A program made the translations under genes and the position numbers. The notes under the pieces were generated by a model that was not told the DNA's origin, made no database searches, and saw only the letters and a program-made list of their open reading frames with translations. From the NCBI RefSeq assembly GCF_058153355.1, contig NZ_CM177019.1: a stretch of 64,000 bases of DNA; one strand, written 5' to 3'. Shown in pieces: positions 1 through 10,160 of this stretch (position 1 is its first letter; each line of letters opens with the position of its first letter).

Positions 1-143
1 AAGCGGCAACACTGGAAGATGTAGGTCGTGAAATTGGCCTCACCCGTGAACGTGTTCGCCAGATTCAGGTTGAAGGCCTGCGCCGTTTGCGCGAAATCCT
101 GCAAACGCAGGGGCTGAATATCGAAGCGTTGTTCCGCGAATAA
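1..143 (+). CDS. rpoS: RNA polymerase sigma factor RpoS, 3' end only (gene starts upstream of window)
   Basis: Translation from position 3 reads [46 protein letters not shown] then stop at 141-143; matches the RpoS C-terminal region-4 HTH. Confidence 0.9.
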
Positions 144-158
144 GTAAGCATCTGTTAG

Positions 159-196
159 AAAGGCCAGTCTCTTATGAGGCTGGCCTTTTTCTTTTG
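159..196 (+). terminator. Rho-independent terminator downstream of rpoS
   Basis: Inverted repeat aggccag...ctggcct followed by a T-run (tttttctttt). Confidence 0.7.
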
Positions 197-263
197 TATG
201 GGGAGTTGGTGTGTTTCGTCGCCTGGATAAGACACGTCAGCGTCCCATCCGGCAATCAACATC

Positions 264-671
264 CTATTTGCTCATCATCTTGCGCACCAGCTGCATAAAC
301 AGCTCCTGCTCTTCTCCACTCAAACGCCCCAAAAATTCCTCATCCACACTGTCGCCAATCGGTATCGCCGCAGCAAGTACCTTTTCTCCTTCGGCAGTCA
401 GCCAGACAAAGCGTCGCCGCTTATCAGCGGTGTCATGTTCACGTCTGACTAAGCCACGATTTTCCATTCTTGCCAACATTTCTGCCAGCGTTGCTTTGGT
501 GCTGACGGCTGCTTCCATCAGTGCCACCTGTTCGATACCAGGTTTATCAGCAATGGCGCGCATCACCGCGTACTGTGGTTTGGTCAGGTCAGGTAACTCG
601 TGCTGCCAGCGGGCCGTATGCTGCTGAAAAAGCTGTCGTAACTGATGGAACGCTTTATTTCGTAACGCCAT
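264..671 (-). CDS. MarR/SlyA-family transcriptional regulator, divergent from the decarboxylase cluster
   Basis: 135-aa ORF of typical MarR size with a central winged-helix-like segment; position and orientation match the SlyA-like regulator described for the rpoS-mutS variable region of non-K-12 E. coli. Confidence 0.75.
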   Translation of the reverse strand: MALRNKAFHQLRQLFQQHTARWQHELPDLTKPQYAVMRAIADKPGIEQVALMEAAVSTKATLAEMLARMENRGLVRREHDTADKRRRFVWLTAEGEKVLAAAIPIGDSVDEEFLGRLSGEEQELFMQLVRKMMSK

Positions 672-786
672 GTAAACTCCGGGCTAATTCTCTGTCGCTA
701 TCATAGCGGTTTTTCAGTGACGAAGAAGATGTTGTTACTTTTCAATCCTTGCCGCTGTGGAAATGAAGGAGTATGCTAATAATAAC

Positions 787-800
787 GTTCGTATACGAAC
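787..800. promoter_or_regulatory. Perfect 14-bp palindrome GTTCGTATACGAAC, candidate MarR-type operator just upstream of the ecdB ribosome-binding site
   Basis: Palindrome read directly; lies between the divergent regulator gene and the ecdB start at 818. Confidence 0.4.
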
Positions 801-817
801 AATTAAGAGAGTAAGCA

Positions 818-1411
818 ATGAAACTGATCGTCGGGATGACAGGGGCTACCGGTGCGCCTCTTGGTGTGGCATTACTGCAAGCGCTGCGGGAGATGCCGAA
901 TGTCGAGACTCATCTGGTGATGTCGAAGTGGGCGAAAACCACTATTGAACTGGAAACGCCTTACAGCGCTCGCGATGTTGCCGCCCTCGCTGACTTCAGC
1001 CATAACCCGGCGGATCAGGCTGCGACCATCTCTTCCGGCTCCTTTCGTACCGACGGCATGATCGTTATTCCATGCAGTATGAAAACGCTCGCCGGTATCC
1101 GCGCTGGTTACGCCGATGGTCTCGTAGGGCGCGCGGCGGACGTCGTGCTCAAAGAAGGCCGCAAACTGGTGCTGGTGCCGCGTGAAATGCCGCTTAGCAC
1201 CATCCATCTCGAAAATATGCTCGCACTTTCGCGCATGGGCGTGGCGATGGTGCCGCCGATGCCTGCCTTTTATAACCATCCCGAAACGGTAGATGACATT
1301 GTCCACCACGTGGTAGCCCGCGTGCTGGATCAATTTGGCCTCGAACATCCTCACGCCAGGCGCTGGCAAGGGTTGCCGCAGGCCCGGAATTTTTCTCAGG
1401 AGAATGAATAA
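818..1411 (+). CDS. ecdB: UbiX-type flavin prenyltransferase, B subunit of hydroxyarylic acid decarboxylase
   Basis: 197-aa ORF with N-terminal GxTGATGA flavoprotein motif (MKLIVGMTGATGAPLG); stop overlaps next start (TAATG). Confidence 0.85.
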   Translation: MKLIVGMTGATGAPLGVALLQALREMPNVETHLVMSKWAKTTIELETPYSARDVAALADFSHNPADQAATISSGSFRTDGMIVIPCSMKTLAGIRAGYADGLVGRAADVVLKEGRKLVLVPREMPLSTIHLENMLALSRMGVAMVPPMPAFYNHPETVDDIVHHVVARVLDQFGLEHPHARRWQGLPQARNFSQENE

Positions 1412-2838
1412 TGGCATTTGATGATTTACGCAGCTTCTTACAGGCGCTTGATGACCACGGCCAGTTACTGAAAATCAGCGAAGAGGTGAACGCGGAACCG
1501 GATCTGGCAGCCGCTGCCAACGCCACCGGGCGTATCGGCGACGGCGCGCCCGCGCTGTGGTTTGATAATATTCGCGGCTTTATCGATGCCCGCGTGGCGA
1601 TGAACACCATCGGCTCCTGGCAGAACCACGCGATTTCCCTCGGGCTGCCACCGAACACACCGGTTAAAAAACAGATTGATGAGTTTATCCGCCGCTGGGA
1701 TAACTTTCCCATTGCCCCGGAACGCCGCGCCAATCCTGCCTGGGCGCAGAACACCGTCGATGGTGACGAGATCAACCTGTTCGATATTCTGCCACTGTTT
1801 CGTTTAAACGATGGCGATGGCGGTTTCTATCTCGACAAAGCGTGCGTGGTTTCCCGCGATCCGCTCGATCCGGATAACTTCGGCAAGCAGAACGTCGGCA
1901 TCTATCGCATGGAAGTGAAGGGTAAGCGTAAGCTCGGCCTGCAACCGGTGCCGATGCACGATATCGCCCTGCATCTGCATAAAGCGGAAGAACGTGGTGA
2001 AGATTTGCCAATTGCCATCACGCTGGGTAACGATCCGATCATCACCCTGATGGGCGCCACCCCGCTGAAATATGATCAATCGGAGTACGAAATGGCGGGC
2101 GCGCTACGCGAAAGCCCGTACCCGATCGCCACCGCCCCGCTGACCGGTTTTGATGTGCCGTGGGGTTCAGAAGTGATCCTCGAAGGGGTTATCGAAAGCC
2201 GCAAACGTGAAATCGAAGGGCCGTTCGGTGAGTTTACCGGGCACTACTCCGGTGGGCGCAACATGACCGTAGTGCGCATCGATAAAGTCTCTTACCGCAC
2301 CAAACCGATTTTTGAATCGCTCTATCTCGGTATGCCGTGGACCGAAATCGACTACCTGATGGGGCCTGCCACCTGCGTGCCGCTTTACCAGCAGTTGAAA
2401 GCCGAGTTCCCGGAAGTGCAGGCGGTGAACGCTATGTACACCCACGGCCTGCTGGCGATTATCTCCACCAAAAAACGCTATGGCGGCTTTGCCCGCGCAG
2501 TGGGCCTGCGTGCGATGACCACGCCGCACGGTCTGGGTTATGTGAAGATGGTGATTATGGTCGATGAAGACGTTGACCCGTTCAACCTGCCGCAGGTGAT
2601 GTGGGCGCTCTCGTCGAAAGTGAACCCGGCAGGGGATCTGGTGCAGTTGCCGAATATGTCAGTACTGGAACTCGACCCTGGCTCAAGCCCGGCGGGGATC
2701 ACCGATAAGCTGATTATCGACGTCACCACGCCTGTCGCCCCGGACAACCGTGGTCACTACAGCCAGCCGGTGGTGGACTTACCGGAAACCAAAGCCTGGG
2801 CTGAAAAACTGACCGCTATGCTGGCCGCACGTAAATAA
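1411..2838 (+). CDS. ecdC: UbiD-family decarboxylase, C subunit of hydroxyarylic acid decarboxylase
   Basis: 475-aa ORF, UbiD-family size and composition; translationally coupled to ecdB. Confidence 0.85.
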   Translation: MAFDDLRSFLQALDDHGQLLKISEEVNAEPDLAAAANATGRIGDGAPALWFDNIRGFIDARVAMNTIGSWQNHAISLGLPPNTPVKKQIDEFIRRWDNFPIAPERRANPAWAQNTVDGDEINLFDILPLFRLNDGDGGFYLDKACVVSRDPLDPDNFGKQNVGIYRMEVKGKRKLGLQPVPMHDIALHLHKAEERGEDLPIAITLGNDPIITLMGATPLKYDQSEYEMAGALRESPYPIATAPLTGFDVPWGSEVILEGVIESRKREIEGPFGEFTGHYSGGRNMTVVRIDKVSYRTKPIFESLYLGMPWTEIDYLMGPATCVPLYQQLKAEFPEVQAVNAMYTHGLLAIISTKKRYGGFARAVGLRAMTTPHGLGYVKMVIMVDEDVDPFNLPQVMWALSSKVNPAGDLVQLPNMSVLELDPGSSPAGITDKLIIDVTTPVAPDNRGHYSQPVVDLPETKAWAEKLTAMLAARK

Positions 2839-2848
2839 GGAGAACAAG

Positions 2849-3085
2849 ATGATTTGTCCACGTTGTGCCGATGAAAAGATTGAAGTGATGGCGAAATCGC
2901 CGGTGAAAAATGTCTGGACGGTCTACCAGTGCCAGCATTGCCTCTATACATGGCGCGATACCGAACCGCTGCGCCGCACCAGCCGCGAACATTATCCCGA
3001 AGCGTTCCGCATGACGCAGAAAGATATTGATGACGCGCCGATGGTGCCGAGCATTCCGCCGCTGCTGGCGGCAGATAAGCGCTAA
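2849..3085 (+). CDS. ecdD: Small zinc-ribbon D subunit of hydroxyarylic acid decarboxylase
   Basis: 78-aa ORF with CPRC...CQHC motif immediately after the UbiD gene, as in B/C/D decarboxylase clusters. Confidence 0.75.
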   Translation: MICPRCADEKIEVMAKSPVKNVWTVYQCQHCLYTWRDTEPLRRTSREHYPEAFRMTQKDIDDAPMVPSIPPLLAADKR

Positions 3086-3090
3086 TAAAA

Positions 3091-3124
3091 AAGGGCCGGG
3101 TAGAGGCTTTGCTTTACCCGGCCA
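3091..3124. terminator. Hairpin between convergent ecdD and pphB, likely bidirectional terminator
   Basis: gggccgggtagaggctttgctttacccggcc stem-loop flanked by A/T runs. Confidence 0.6.
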
Positions 3125-3126
3125 CG

Positions 3127-3783
3127 TTATTTGATTTTATAAAACGACAGCCGCCCGCTTTTCGGCGATCCGGTATCAATATAAATCTGGTTTGCGAACG
3201 TCTGGATGTTATCAAACATCATATGACCGAAGATAAAGCAGTCGGCGCCGTTTATTTCCTGTAACTCGCCTTTGAGCGATTTCAGTACGCGATCAACAGG
3301 CCAGAGCAATTCTCTCTCCGCTATTTCTTTGCCAAAGAGATATTCATTCCCCGGATAATCTGCATGCGCGATGACATATTTTATTATGTCGTTAGTGATT
3401 TCAACAATATGCGGAAGATTATGAAAACGTAGCAACAGGTCTATTGCTTCTTTTTGTTCCGTATCACTTAACTCAAAGAACCAGTCGCCACCGCTGGCAA
3501 GCCACATATTGCCATCGCCGGTCGCGAACGCATCCAATGCCATCGCTTCATGGTTGCCTTTAACCGATGTAAACCAGGGCTGGTTTAGCAGGCGCAGCAC
3601 GTTAAGACTCTCCGGCCCACGATCAATATTATCGCCGACAGAAATAAGTAAGTCGGTTTCAGGACAAAAAGATAATTGGTGCAGGCGGGATTGCAATAAT
3701 TGATAATCTCCATGAATGTCACCTACCACCCAGATATGGCGATAATGAGTGGTTTCAATTTTACGATAACGAATATCTGGCAT
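3127..3783 (-). CDS. pphB: Serine/threonine protein phosphatase 2
   Basis: ORF-track protein from internal Met (MPDIRYRKIETTHYRHIWVVGDIHGDY..., GDxHG and GNHE metallophosphatase motifs), 218 aa; the upstream in-frame extension to 3921 is rejected. Confidence 0.9.
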   Translation of the reverse strand: MPDIRYRKIETTHYRHIWVVGDIHGDYQLLQSRLHQLSFCPETDLLISVGDNIDRGPESLNVLRLLNQPWFTSVKGNHEAMALDAFATGDGNMWLASGGDWFFELSDTEQKEAIDLLLRFHNLPHIVEITNDIIKYVIAHADYPGNEYLFGKEIAERELLWPVDRVLKSLKGELQEINGADCFIFGHMMFDNIQTFANQIYIDTGSPKSGRLSFYKIK

Positions 3784-3805
3784 TGATCGCGCTCCGTAAA
3801 AAGAA

Positions 3806-4669
3806 TTATTCCGGCTTATGAAACAGAATGGTGTTAATCTCGACATCAGTGATTGCGCCAGCTGCTTCTGCTTTATGTAACCAGTATAGCGCTTTGTCTT
3901 TATCCACACCGTTCTCATCAATGCCCCAGGCGTAAATGCGGCCTAAGGATATTTGGGCATGAGGTAAATCTTGTGCGGCAGCTTTTTCAAACCAGTATTT
4001 AGCCTGTTTAATATCAGCGGGTACACCATCGCCCGTTAAAAAGAGCGTACCATAATTATACTGACCAATTTTGTCGCCTTTTTCTGCCGCAAACTTAAGA
4101 TATGTCGCAGCCTGGAGATAATTCTTTTCCTCGGCTGCGAGGAGCCCTAAATTAGCATGTGCAATGGGGTTTCCCTTTTGCGCCGCTTTAACGAGCCAGG
4201 ATTTTGCTTTATCGATATCATGGAACTTCTCTGGACCAAACTGATAGATATTGGCACAGTTTATCTGTGCCTGAAGATTTCCCTGTCTGGCTGATTTCTC
4301 ATACCAGTGAATGGCATTCTGGTAATCCGGCGGTGTGTCTTCATCTCCCTGATGATATAAAAGCCCGACATAAAATTGCGCAATGTCATCTCCCTGACTG
4401 GCTGCCAGATTAAACCAGTAAAATGCTTTATCGCGGTTTTTAACCCCCGTTACCCCTTCCTGGTAAACAATTCCCAATCCTTTTTGCGCAGATTTATCGC
4501 CGCCTTGTGCCCTTGCGATGATATTTTTCAGGTTTTCCTGTTTGTTTTTAGAATAACGTTGTTCAGCCTGGATAAGATCATCAAGCGAGGGTTCTTTGGC
4601 ACAATAACCTGTAAGAGGAAAATGCAAAATTAGTAGAGTAAATAAAATTAACTTTTTCATACATTCCAT
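3806..4669 (-). CDS. Sel1-repeat (TPR-like) protein with N-terminal signal peptide; not present at this position in K-12
   Basis: 287-aa ORF; hydrophobic N-terminus MKKLILFTLLILHFPLTG; repeated ~36-aa units with A-x-YWF/ W-Y-E-K-A-A-x-QG spacing typical of Sel1 repeats. Confidence 0.7.
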   Translation of the reverse strand: MECMKKLILFTLLILHFPLTGYCAKEPSLDDLIQAEQRYSKNKQENLKNIIARAQGGDKSAQKGLGIVYQEGVTGVKNRDKAFYWFNLAASQGDDIAQFYVGLLYHQGDEDTPPDYQNAIHWYEKSARQGNLQAQINCANIYQFGPEKFHDIDKAKSWLVKAAQKGNPIAHANLGLLAAEEKNYLQAATYLKFAAEKGDKIGQYNYGTLFLTGDGVPADIKQAKYWFEKAAAQDLPHAQISLGRIYAWGIDENGVDKDKALYWLHKAEAAGAITDVEINTILFHKPE

Positions 4670-4768
4670 GAATTAATTGTTGAGTCCTGATTTTAATTAT
4701 ACTCCATCTGTTATTGAGCCAATAATAATTAATAATCCCCGATGGGAAGGCCATCGGGAATTATGCCA

Positions 4769-7330
4769 TTACAGCAAACTCTTCAAGCGATAAATCCACT
4801 CCAGCGCCTGACGCGGAGTCAGTGAATCCGGGTCGAGATTTTCCAGTGCTTCGACCGCTGGCGAGGTTTCTTCCGGTACTGACAGCAAAGACATTTGCGT
4901 ACCATCCACTTGCGTAGCGGCGGCGTTCGGCGAAATGCTTTCCAGTTCACGCAGTTTTTGCCGTGCGCGCTTAATAACCTCTTTTGGCACGCCCGCCAGA
5001 GCAGCAACCGCCAGGCCGTAACTTTTGCTCGCCGCGCCATCCTGCACGCTATGCATAAAGGCAATGGTATCACCGTGCTCCAGCGCATCAAGATGCACGT
5101 TGGCGACGCCTTCCATTTTCTCCGGCAGTTGAGTCAGTTCAAAGTAGTGGGTAGCAAACAACGTCAACGCTTTAATCTTATTCGCCAGATTTTCAGCGCA
5201 CGCCCATGCCAGCGACAGACCATCGTAAGTGGACGTTCCGCGCCCAATCTCATCCATCAACACCAGGCTGTACTCCGTGGCGTTATGCAGAATATTAGCG
5301 GTTTCGGTCATCTCCACCATAAAGGTTGAACGCCCGGATGCCAGATCGTCAGCCGCGCCCACACGGGTAAAGATACGGTCAATCGGGCCAATCTCGACTT
5401 TTTGCGCCGGTACGTAGCTGCCGATATAGGCCATCAGCGCAATCAGTGCGGTCTGGCGCATATAGGTACTTTTACCGCCCATGTTCGGACCGGTGATGAT
5501 CAACATGCGACGCTGCGGCGACAGGTTCAGCGGGTTAGCGATAAACGGCTCATTCAGTACCTGTTCAACCACCGGATGGCGACCTTCGGTAATGCGAATG
5601 CCCGGTTTATCAATGAAGGTCGGGCAGGTGTAGTTCAGGGTATAGGCCCGTTCCGCCAGGTTTACCAGTACGTCGAGTTCTGCCAGTGCGCTCGCGCTCT
5701 GTTGCAACGCTTCCAGATGCGGCAACAACAGGTCGAACAACTCTTCATAAAGCTGTTTTTCCAGTGCCAGCGCTTTACCTTTCGAGGTGAGTACTTTGTC
5801 TTCATACTCTTTTAGCTCTGGAATAATGTAGCGTTCGGCGTTTTTCAGCGTCTGGCGACGCATATAGTTGATGGGTGCCAGATGGCTTTGTCCACGGCTA
5901 ATCTGAATGTAATAACCATGCACCGCGTTAAAGCCGACTTTCAGCGTGTCCAGGCCGGTACGTTCACGCTCGCGAACTTCCAGACGCTCCAGATAATCTG
6001 TCGCGCCGTCAGCCAGCGCTCGCCACTCATCCAGCTCTTCGTTATAGCCTGATGCGATAACACCACCGTCGCGTACCAGCACCGGCGGTGTGTCGATGAT
6101 TGCTCGCTCCAGCAGATCGCGCAGCTCTGCAAACTCGCCCATTTTCTCACGCAGCGCCTGTACCGGTGCACTAGCGACATTTTCTAACTGCGCACGCAGC
6201 TCCGGCAGTTGCTGGAAAGCGTGACGCATACGGGCCAGATCGCGTGGGCGGGCAGTCCGTAAAGCCAGACGTGCCAGAATACGTTCCAGGTCGCCGACCT
6301 GACGCAGTACCGGCTGCAGCTCAGCGGTGAAATCCTGCAATGCGCCAATAGTTTGCTGGCGCTCAAGCAACACGCGGGTATCGCGCACTGGCATATGCAG
6401 CCAGCGTTTCAGCATTCGACTCCCCATCGGCGTTACAGTGCAGTCGAGCACGGAAGCCAGCGTGTTTTCCGCACCGCCCGCCAGGTTCTGGGTAATTTCC
6501 AGGTTACGACGCGTCGCGGCATCCATAATGATGCTGTCCTGCTCACGTTCCATAGTGATAGAACGAATATGCGGCAGAGTCGTACGTTGAGTATCTTTCG
6601 CATACTGCAACAGACAACCGGCGGCACAAAGTCCGCGCGGCGCGTTCTCGACGCCAAAACCGACCAGATCGCGAGTGCCAAATTGTAGATTCAACTGCTG
6701 GCGCGCGGTGTCGATTTCAAACTCCCACAGCGGGCGACGGCGCAAGCCGCGACGACCTTCAATCAGCGACATTTCAGCAAAATCTTCTGCATACAGCAGT
6801 TCCGCCGGATTAGTGCGTTGCAGTTCTGCCGCCATCGTTTCGCGGTCAGCCGGTTCGCTCAGGCGAAAACGACCAGAACTGATATCCAGCGTCGCATAGC
6901 CGAATCCTTTGCTGTCCTGCCAGATAGCAGCCAGCAGGTTGTCCTGACGTTCCTGCAACAGCGCTTCATCGCTGATGGTGCCCGGCGTAACGATACGCAC
7001 AACTTTGCGCTCGACCGGCCCTTTGCTGGTCGCCGGATCGCCAATCTGTTCACAAATAGCAACGGACTCGCCCTGATTCACCAGTTTGGCGAGATAGTTT
7101 TCCACCGCATGGTAGGGAATCCCCGCCATCGGGATCGGCTCTCCCGCCGAAGCGCCGCGTTTGGTCAGTGAAATATCCAGCAGTTGTGACGCACGTTTTG
7201 CGTCGTCATAAAACAGTTCGTAAAAGTCACCCATCCGGTAGAACAGCAGGATCTCGGGATGCTGGGCTTTCAGCTTGAGATACTGCTGCATCATTGGCGT
7301 ATGGGCGTCAAAATTTTCTATTGCACTCAT
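4769..7330 (-). CDS. mutS: DNA mismatch repair protein MutS
   Basis: 853-aa [24 protein letters not shown]..., Walker [10 protein letters not shown]; full length. Confidence 0.97.
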   Translation of the reverse strand: MSAIENFDAHTPMMQQYLKLKAQHPEILLFYRMGDFYELFYDDAKRASQLLDISLTKRGASAGEPIPMAGIPYHAVENYLAKLVNQGESVAICEQIGDPATSKGPVERKVVRIVTPGTISDEALLQERQDNLLAAIWQDSKGFGYATLDISSGRFRLSEPADRETMAAELQRTNPAELLYAEDFAEMSLIEGRRGLRRRPLWEFEIDTARQQLNLQFGTRDLVGFGVENAPRGLCAAGCLLQYAKDTQRTTLPHIRSITMEREQDSIIMDAATRRNLEITQNLAGGAENTLASVLDCTVTPMGSRMLKRWLHMPVRDTRVLLERQQTIGALQDFTAELQPVLRQVGDLERILARLALRTARPRDLARMRHAFQQLPELRAQLENVASAPVQALREKMGEFAELRDLLERAIIDTPPVLVRDGGVIASGYNEELDEWRALADGATDYLERLEVRERERTGLDTLKVGFNAVHGYYIQISRGQSHLAPINYMRRQTLKNAERYIIPELKEYEDKVLTSKGKALALEKQLYEELFDLLLPHLEALQQSASALAELDVLVNLAERAYTLNYTCPTFIDKPGIRITEGRHPVVEQVLNEPFIANPLNLSPQRRMLIITGPNMGGKSTYMRQTALIALMAYIGSYVPAQKVEIGPIDRIFTRVGAADDLASGRSTFMVEMTETANILHNATEYSLVLMDEIGRGTSTYDGLSLAWACAENLANKIKALTLFATHYFELTQLPEKMEGVANVHLDALEHGDTIAFMHSVQDGAASKSYGLAVAALAGVPKEVIKRARQKLRELESISPNAAATQVDGTQMSLLSVPEETSPAVEALENLDPDSLTPRQALEWIYRLKSLL

Positions 7331-7576
7331 GGGGTTATGTCCGGTTCCCTGATATTAAATGGGGTGTGATGGTTTTTATTTTCGTTGTAATCACATAAGG
7401 CGCACATGATACCGGAGTTAATCATTTCAGGGGAAGAAGCGAACGGCGAGTTCTTGATGGTGATTCCGGGAAAGATGCTGTTTTGCAGCTTTTGCGTGAT
7501 GCTTATGAAGCAAGTACGCAAAATTGTATCAGTTGGCGACCCCTTCTTCTTCAGAGCCATAGTCCCCTTTCAAATT

Positions 7577-7599
7577 AAGTTGTAATATAAATACATCTT
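7577..7599 (+). promoter_or_regulatory. Candidate NsrR operator upstream of ygbA
   Basis: aagttgtaatataaatacatctt resembles the NsrR inverted-repeat consensus (AAnATGCATTT...AAATACATCTT), 18 bp upstream of the ygbA start. Confidence 0.45.
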
Positions 7600-7616
7600 A
7601 ATGAGGTGGAGGCAGC

Positions 7617-7970
7617 ATGTCCGGCAAGCGTATCTCTCGTGAAAAACTGACGATTAAAAAAATGATCGATCTTTATCAAGCGAAATGCCCGCAGGCGTCA
7701 GCGGAGCCGGCGCATTACGAGGCATTGTTTGCTTATGCGCAAAAACGGCTGGATAAATGTGTGTTCGGCGAAGACAAACCCGCCTGTAAGCAGTGTCCGG
7801 TGCACTGTTACCAGTCTGCAAAGCGTGAAGAGATGAAACAGATTATGCGTTGGGCCGGGCCGCGCATGCTGTGGCGTCATCCGATCCTAACCGTACGCCA
7901 TCTCATTGATGACAAGCGTCCGGTGCCGGAGTTGCCAGAAAAATATCGCCCGAAAAAACCTCGTGAATAG
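7617..7970 (+). CDS. ygbA: Nitric-oxide-induced protein YgbA
   Basis: 117-aa ORF MSGKRISREKLTIKKMIDLYQAKCP... in conserved position between mutS and fhlA. Confidence 0.9.
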   Translation: MSGKRISREKLTIKKMIDLYQAKCPQASAEPAHYEALFAYAQKRLDKCVFGEDKPACKQCPVHCYQSAKREEMKQIMRWAGPRMLWRHPILTVRHLIDDKRPVPELPEKYRPKKPRE

Positions 7971-8008
7971 TATACCGGACAGGCAGATCTGTCCGGTACC
8001 TCATGCAG

Positions 8009-10087
8009 TTAAACCAATGCCGATTTATCAATCCCCAGTCGTTTCATCCGTGATAGCAGTGTGGTGCGTTTTAGTCCCAGACGTTGCGCCGCGCCTTTCG
8101 GCCCGGCAACCACGCCGTTAGTCTCTTTTAATACACGCACAATTAGCTGATATTCATCTTCGCCCTCCTGAGCGACGACCGTTGCAGTCGGCGGCGTTTT
8201 AGGTTCCGGTAAAGCAATATCAGGCAATGACAGCTGCAGCACGTTGCCACGTGTCAGCAATACCGCGCGCTCAATGACGTTTTCCAGCTCGCGTACGTTA
8301 CCTGGCCACTCCATATTGCTCAACGCGCGCAACGTTTCGGCAGGAATGCTGTCGATATTACGCCCCAGACGGCGGGCAATTTTAAAAGTAAAGGATTTTG
8401 CCAGCAGCGGAATATCTTCCGGACGCTCGCGTAGTGGCGGCAGGTGGATCGGGAATACGTTCAGGCGGTAATAGAGATCGCTACGGAACTCGCGGTCGGC
8501 AACCATTTTTTTCAGATCGCGGTTAGTCGCGGCAATTAAACGCACGTCCGTCTGTATAATTTTATTACTGCCGAGACGTTCAAACTCCTGTTCCTGTAAT
8601 ACACGCAGCAACTTCGGTTGTAACTCCAGCGGCATATCACCCACTTCATCGAGGAACAGGGAGCTTTTATCCGCCAGTTCAAAACGACCGATACGCTGGG
8701 CGCTGGCTCCGGTAAACGCACCACGCTCATGGCCAAACAGATCGCTTTCCAACAATCCGGCAGGCATCGCCGCGCAGTTCATTTTTACCATGCGGCGATT
8801 ATTACGCCCACTGAGATTATGGATCGCGCGGGCAATCAGCTCTTTACCAGTGCCAGTTTCACCGAGGATCAGAACTGTACTGTCACTTTGTGCCACCATT
8901 TCAACTTGTTTAAGCACGCTGTACATGGCTTCACTGCGACCAATAATCTCGCCAAATTCACTATCAACATTGTTGAGCTGCTCGGTCAGGGCGAGATTTT
9001 CATCAACCAGTCGTTCTTTCAGACGATGAATTTCCTGATAGGCAAGGGCGTTATCGACAGCGATTGCCACACGTTCAGCAATCTGGCGCAGTAAATTCAG
9101 ATTGGTCGTGGTAAACACTTTCTCTTCGCATTGCGCCAGTTTCAGCACGCCCAGCATGGTGTCGCCAGACATCAGCGGTAATAGGCACAAGGTTTGAATC
9201 TGGTTGCCCCAGGTGTCGAACAACATGCGTTCGTAAGGGGCTAAATTATCTCGCTCGTGGAGATTAATCAGCAGCATCTCTTTGCTTTTAAACACGCGTT
9301 CGGTGAGGGTTCCTGCTTCATCGACTTCGCTCTGTTCGTGAGCGGGATGCTGTTTATCAAGATAGTGAGTGGAGTAGATGTTGAGTTTGTTTTTACGGTG
9401 GCTGCGTAAGACGATGCTGATATCGTCAATGTCGAAATAGTAATGGATTTCTTTGGCGACTTCGCTGACCAGTTCGTCCATATCCAGGCGAGAAAGCACC
9501 GCGTTGGTGATGGCAACCAGGATGCGGAAGTTATCGCGTTCCCGGCATAACAACTCATAGTCGACATTATTGACGACGCGGCTCTGGATTTGTTCGGTGA
9601 CGACAGAAATGATCTGCGTAAAAGTTTGCAGGCGATTGAACTCTTTTTCACTCCACGGGCGATCGTCATAACGAATAAATTCACAGCCACCAAAAATATG
9701 CCCTTCCGCCGCCAGTGGCATCAGGCAATAGTGACCAAATTTGGGGTATAGCCCACCAGCGGCCAGCTGCGGCCAGGTTTCACAAAATTCTTCGTAACTG
9801 CAATGCAGTGTATCAGGGCGCGACAAAATGCTGCGCACCGGACCGTGTGCCAGAACAGTTTCGTCTTCATAATTTATGGGGGTGTCTTTTTCACGCGACG
9901 CGTAATAAGACGCACGTTGAGTCTGCGCTTGCCACAACACAATAGCTGCATTGTCGGCGAGCGCAGAACGCTTTACCAATTGCGAAAGAGCCTCACACAG
10001 CGAGGCCAGATCGGGCTGCTGCAATAGTGTCCGAGTGATGTCGAACAACCCTTGTTGTCCGAGATCACTCATCGGTGTATATGACAT
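8009..10087 (-). CDS. fhlA: Formate hydrogenlyase transcriptional activator (sigma54-dependent)
   Basis: 692 aa from MSYTPMSDLGQ...; GAF N-terminus, AAA+ sigma54-interaction domain ([14 protein letters not shown]), C-terminal HTH; 12-codon upstream extension rejected. Confidence 0.95.
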   Translation of the reverse strand: MSYTPMSDLGQQGLFDITRTLLQQPDLASLCEALSQLVKRSALADNAAIVLWQAQTQRASYYASREKDTPINYEDETVLAHGPVRSILSRPDTLHCSYEEFCETWPQLAAGGLYPKFGHYCLMPLAAEGHIFGGCEFIRYDDRPWSEKEFNRLQTFTQIISVVTEQIQSRVVNNVDYELLCRERDNFRILVAITNAVLSRLDMDELVSEVAKEIHYYFDIDDISIVLRSHRKNKLNIYSTHYLDKQHPAHEQSEVDEAGTLTERVFKSKEMLLINLHERDNLAPYERMLFDTWGNQIQTLCLLPLMSGDTMLGVLKLAQCEEKVFTTTNLNLLRQIAERVAIAVDNALAYQEIHRLKERLVDENLALTEQLNNVDSEFGEIIGRSEAMYSVLKQVEMVAQSDSTVLILGETGTGKELIARAIHNLSGRNNRRMVKMNCAAMPAGLLESDLFGHERGAFTGASAQRIGRFELADKSSLFLDEVGDMPLELQPKLLRVLQEQEFERLGSNKIIQTDVRLIAATNRDLKKMVADREFRSDLYYRLNVFPIHLPPLRERPEDIPLLAKSFTFKIARRLGRNIDSIPAETLRALSNMEWPGNVRELENVIERAVLLTRGNVLQLSLPDIALPEPKTPPTATVVAQEGEDEYQLIVRVLKETNGVVAGPKGAAQRLGLKRTTLLSRMKRLGIDKSALV

Positions 10088-10160
10088 TTTGTTCTTCCAG
10101 GAAAGCACCGCAAAGCGGTGCAAAAGGTCATTGACTAACTATAGGAGATTTAGAATTTTA

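Noticed and set aside
872-1775. Minus-strand ORFs 872..1417 and 1194..1775 overlapping ecdB/ecdC
   Set aside because: Antisense shadow ORFs inside well-supported UbiX/UbiD genes; GC-rich coding regions routinely give long open frames on the opposite strand.
3784-3921. N-terminal extension of pphB to 3921 (264-aa version)
   Set aside because: The conserved phosphatase starts at the internal Met (MPDIRYRK...); the extension would overlap the Sel1-repeat gene.
7327-7560. 77-aa ORF in the mutS-ygbA intergenic region
   Set aside because: Overlaps the mutS start and promoter region, has no recognisable features, and sits over the candidate NsrR operator.
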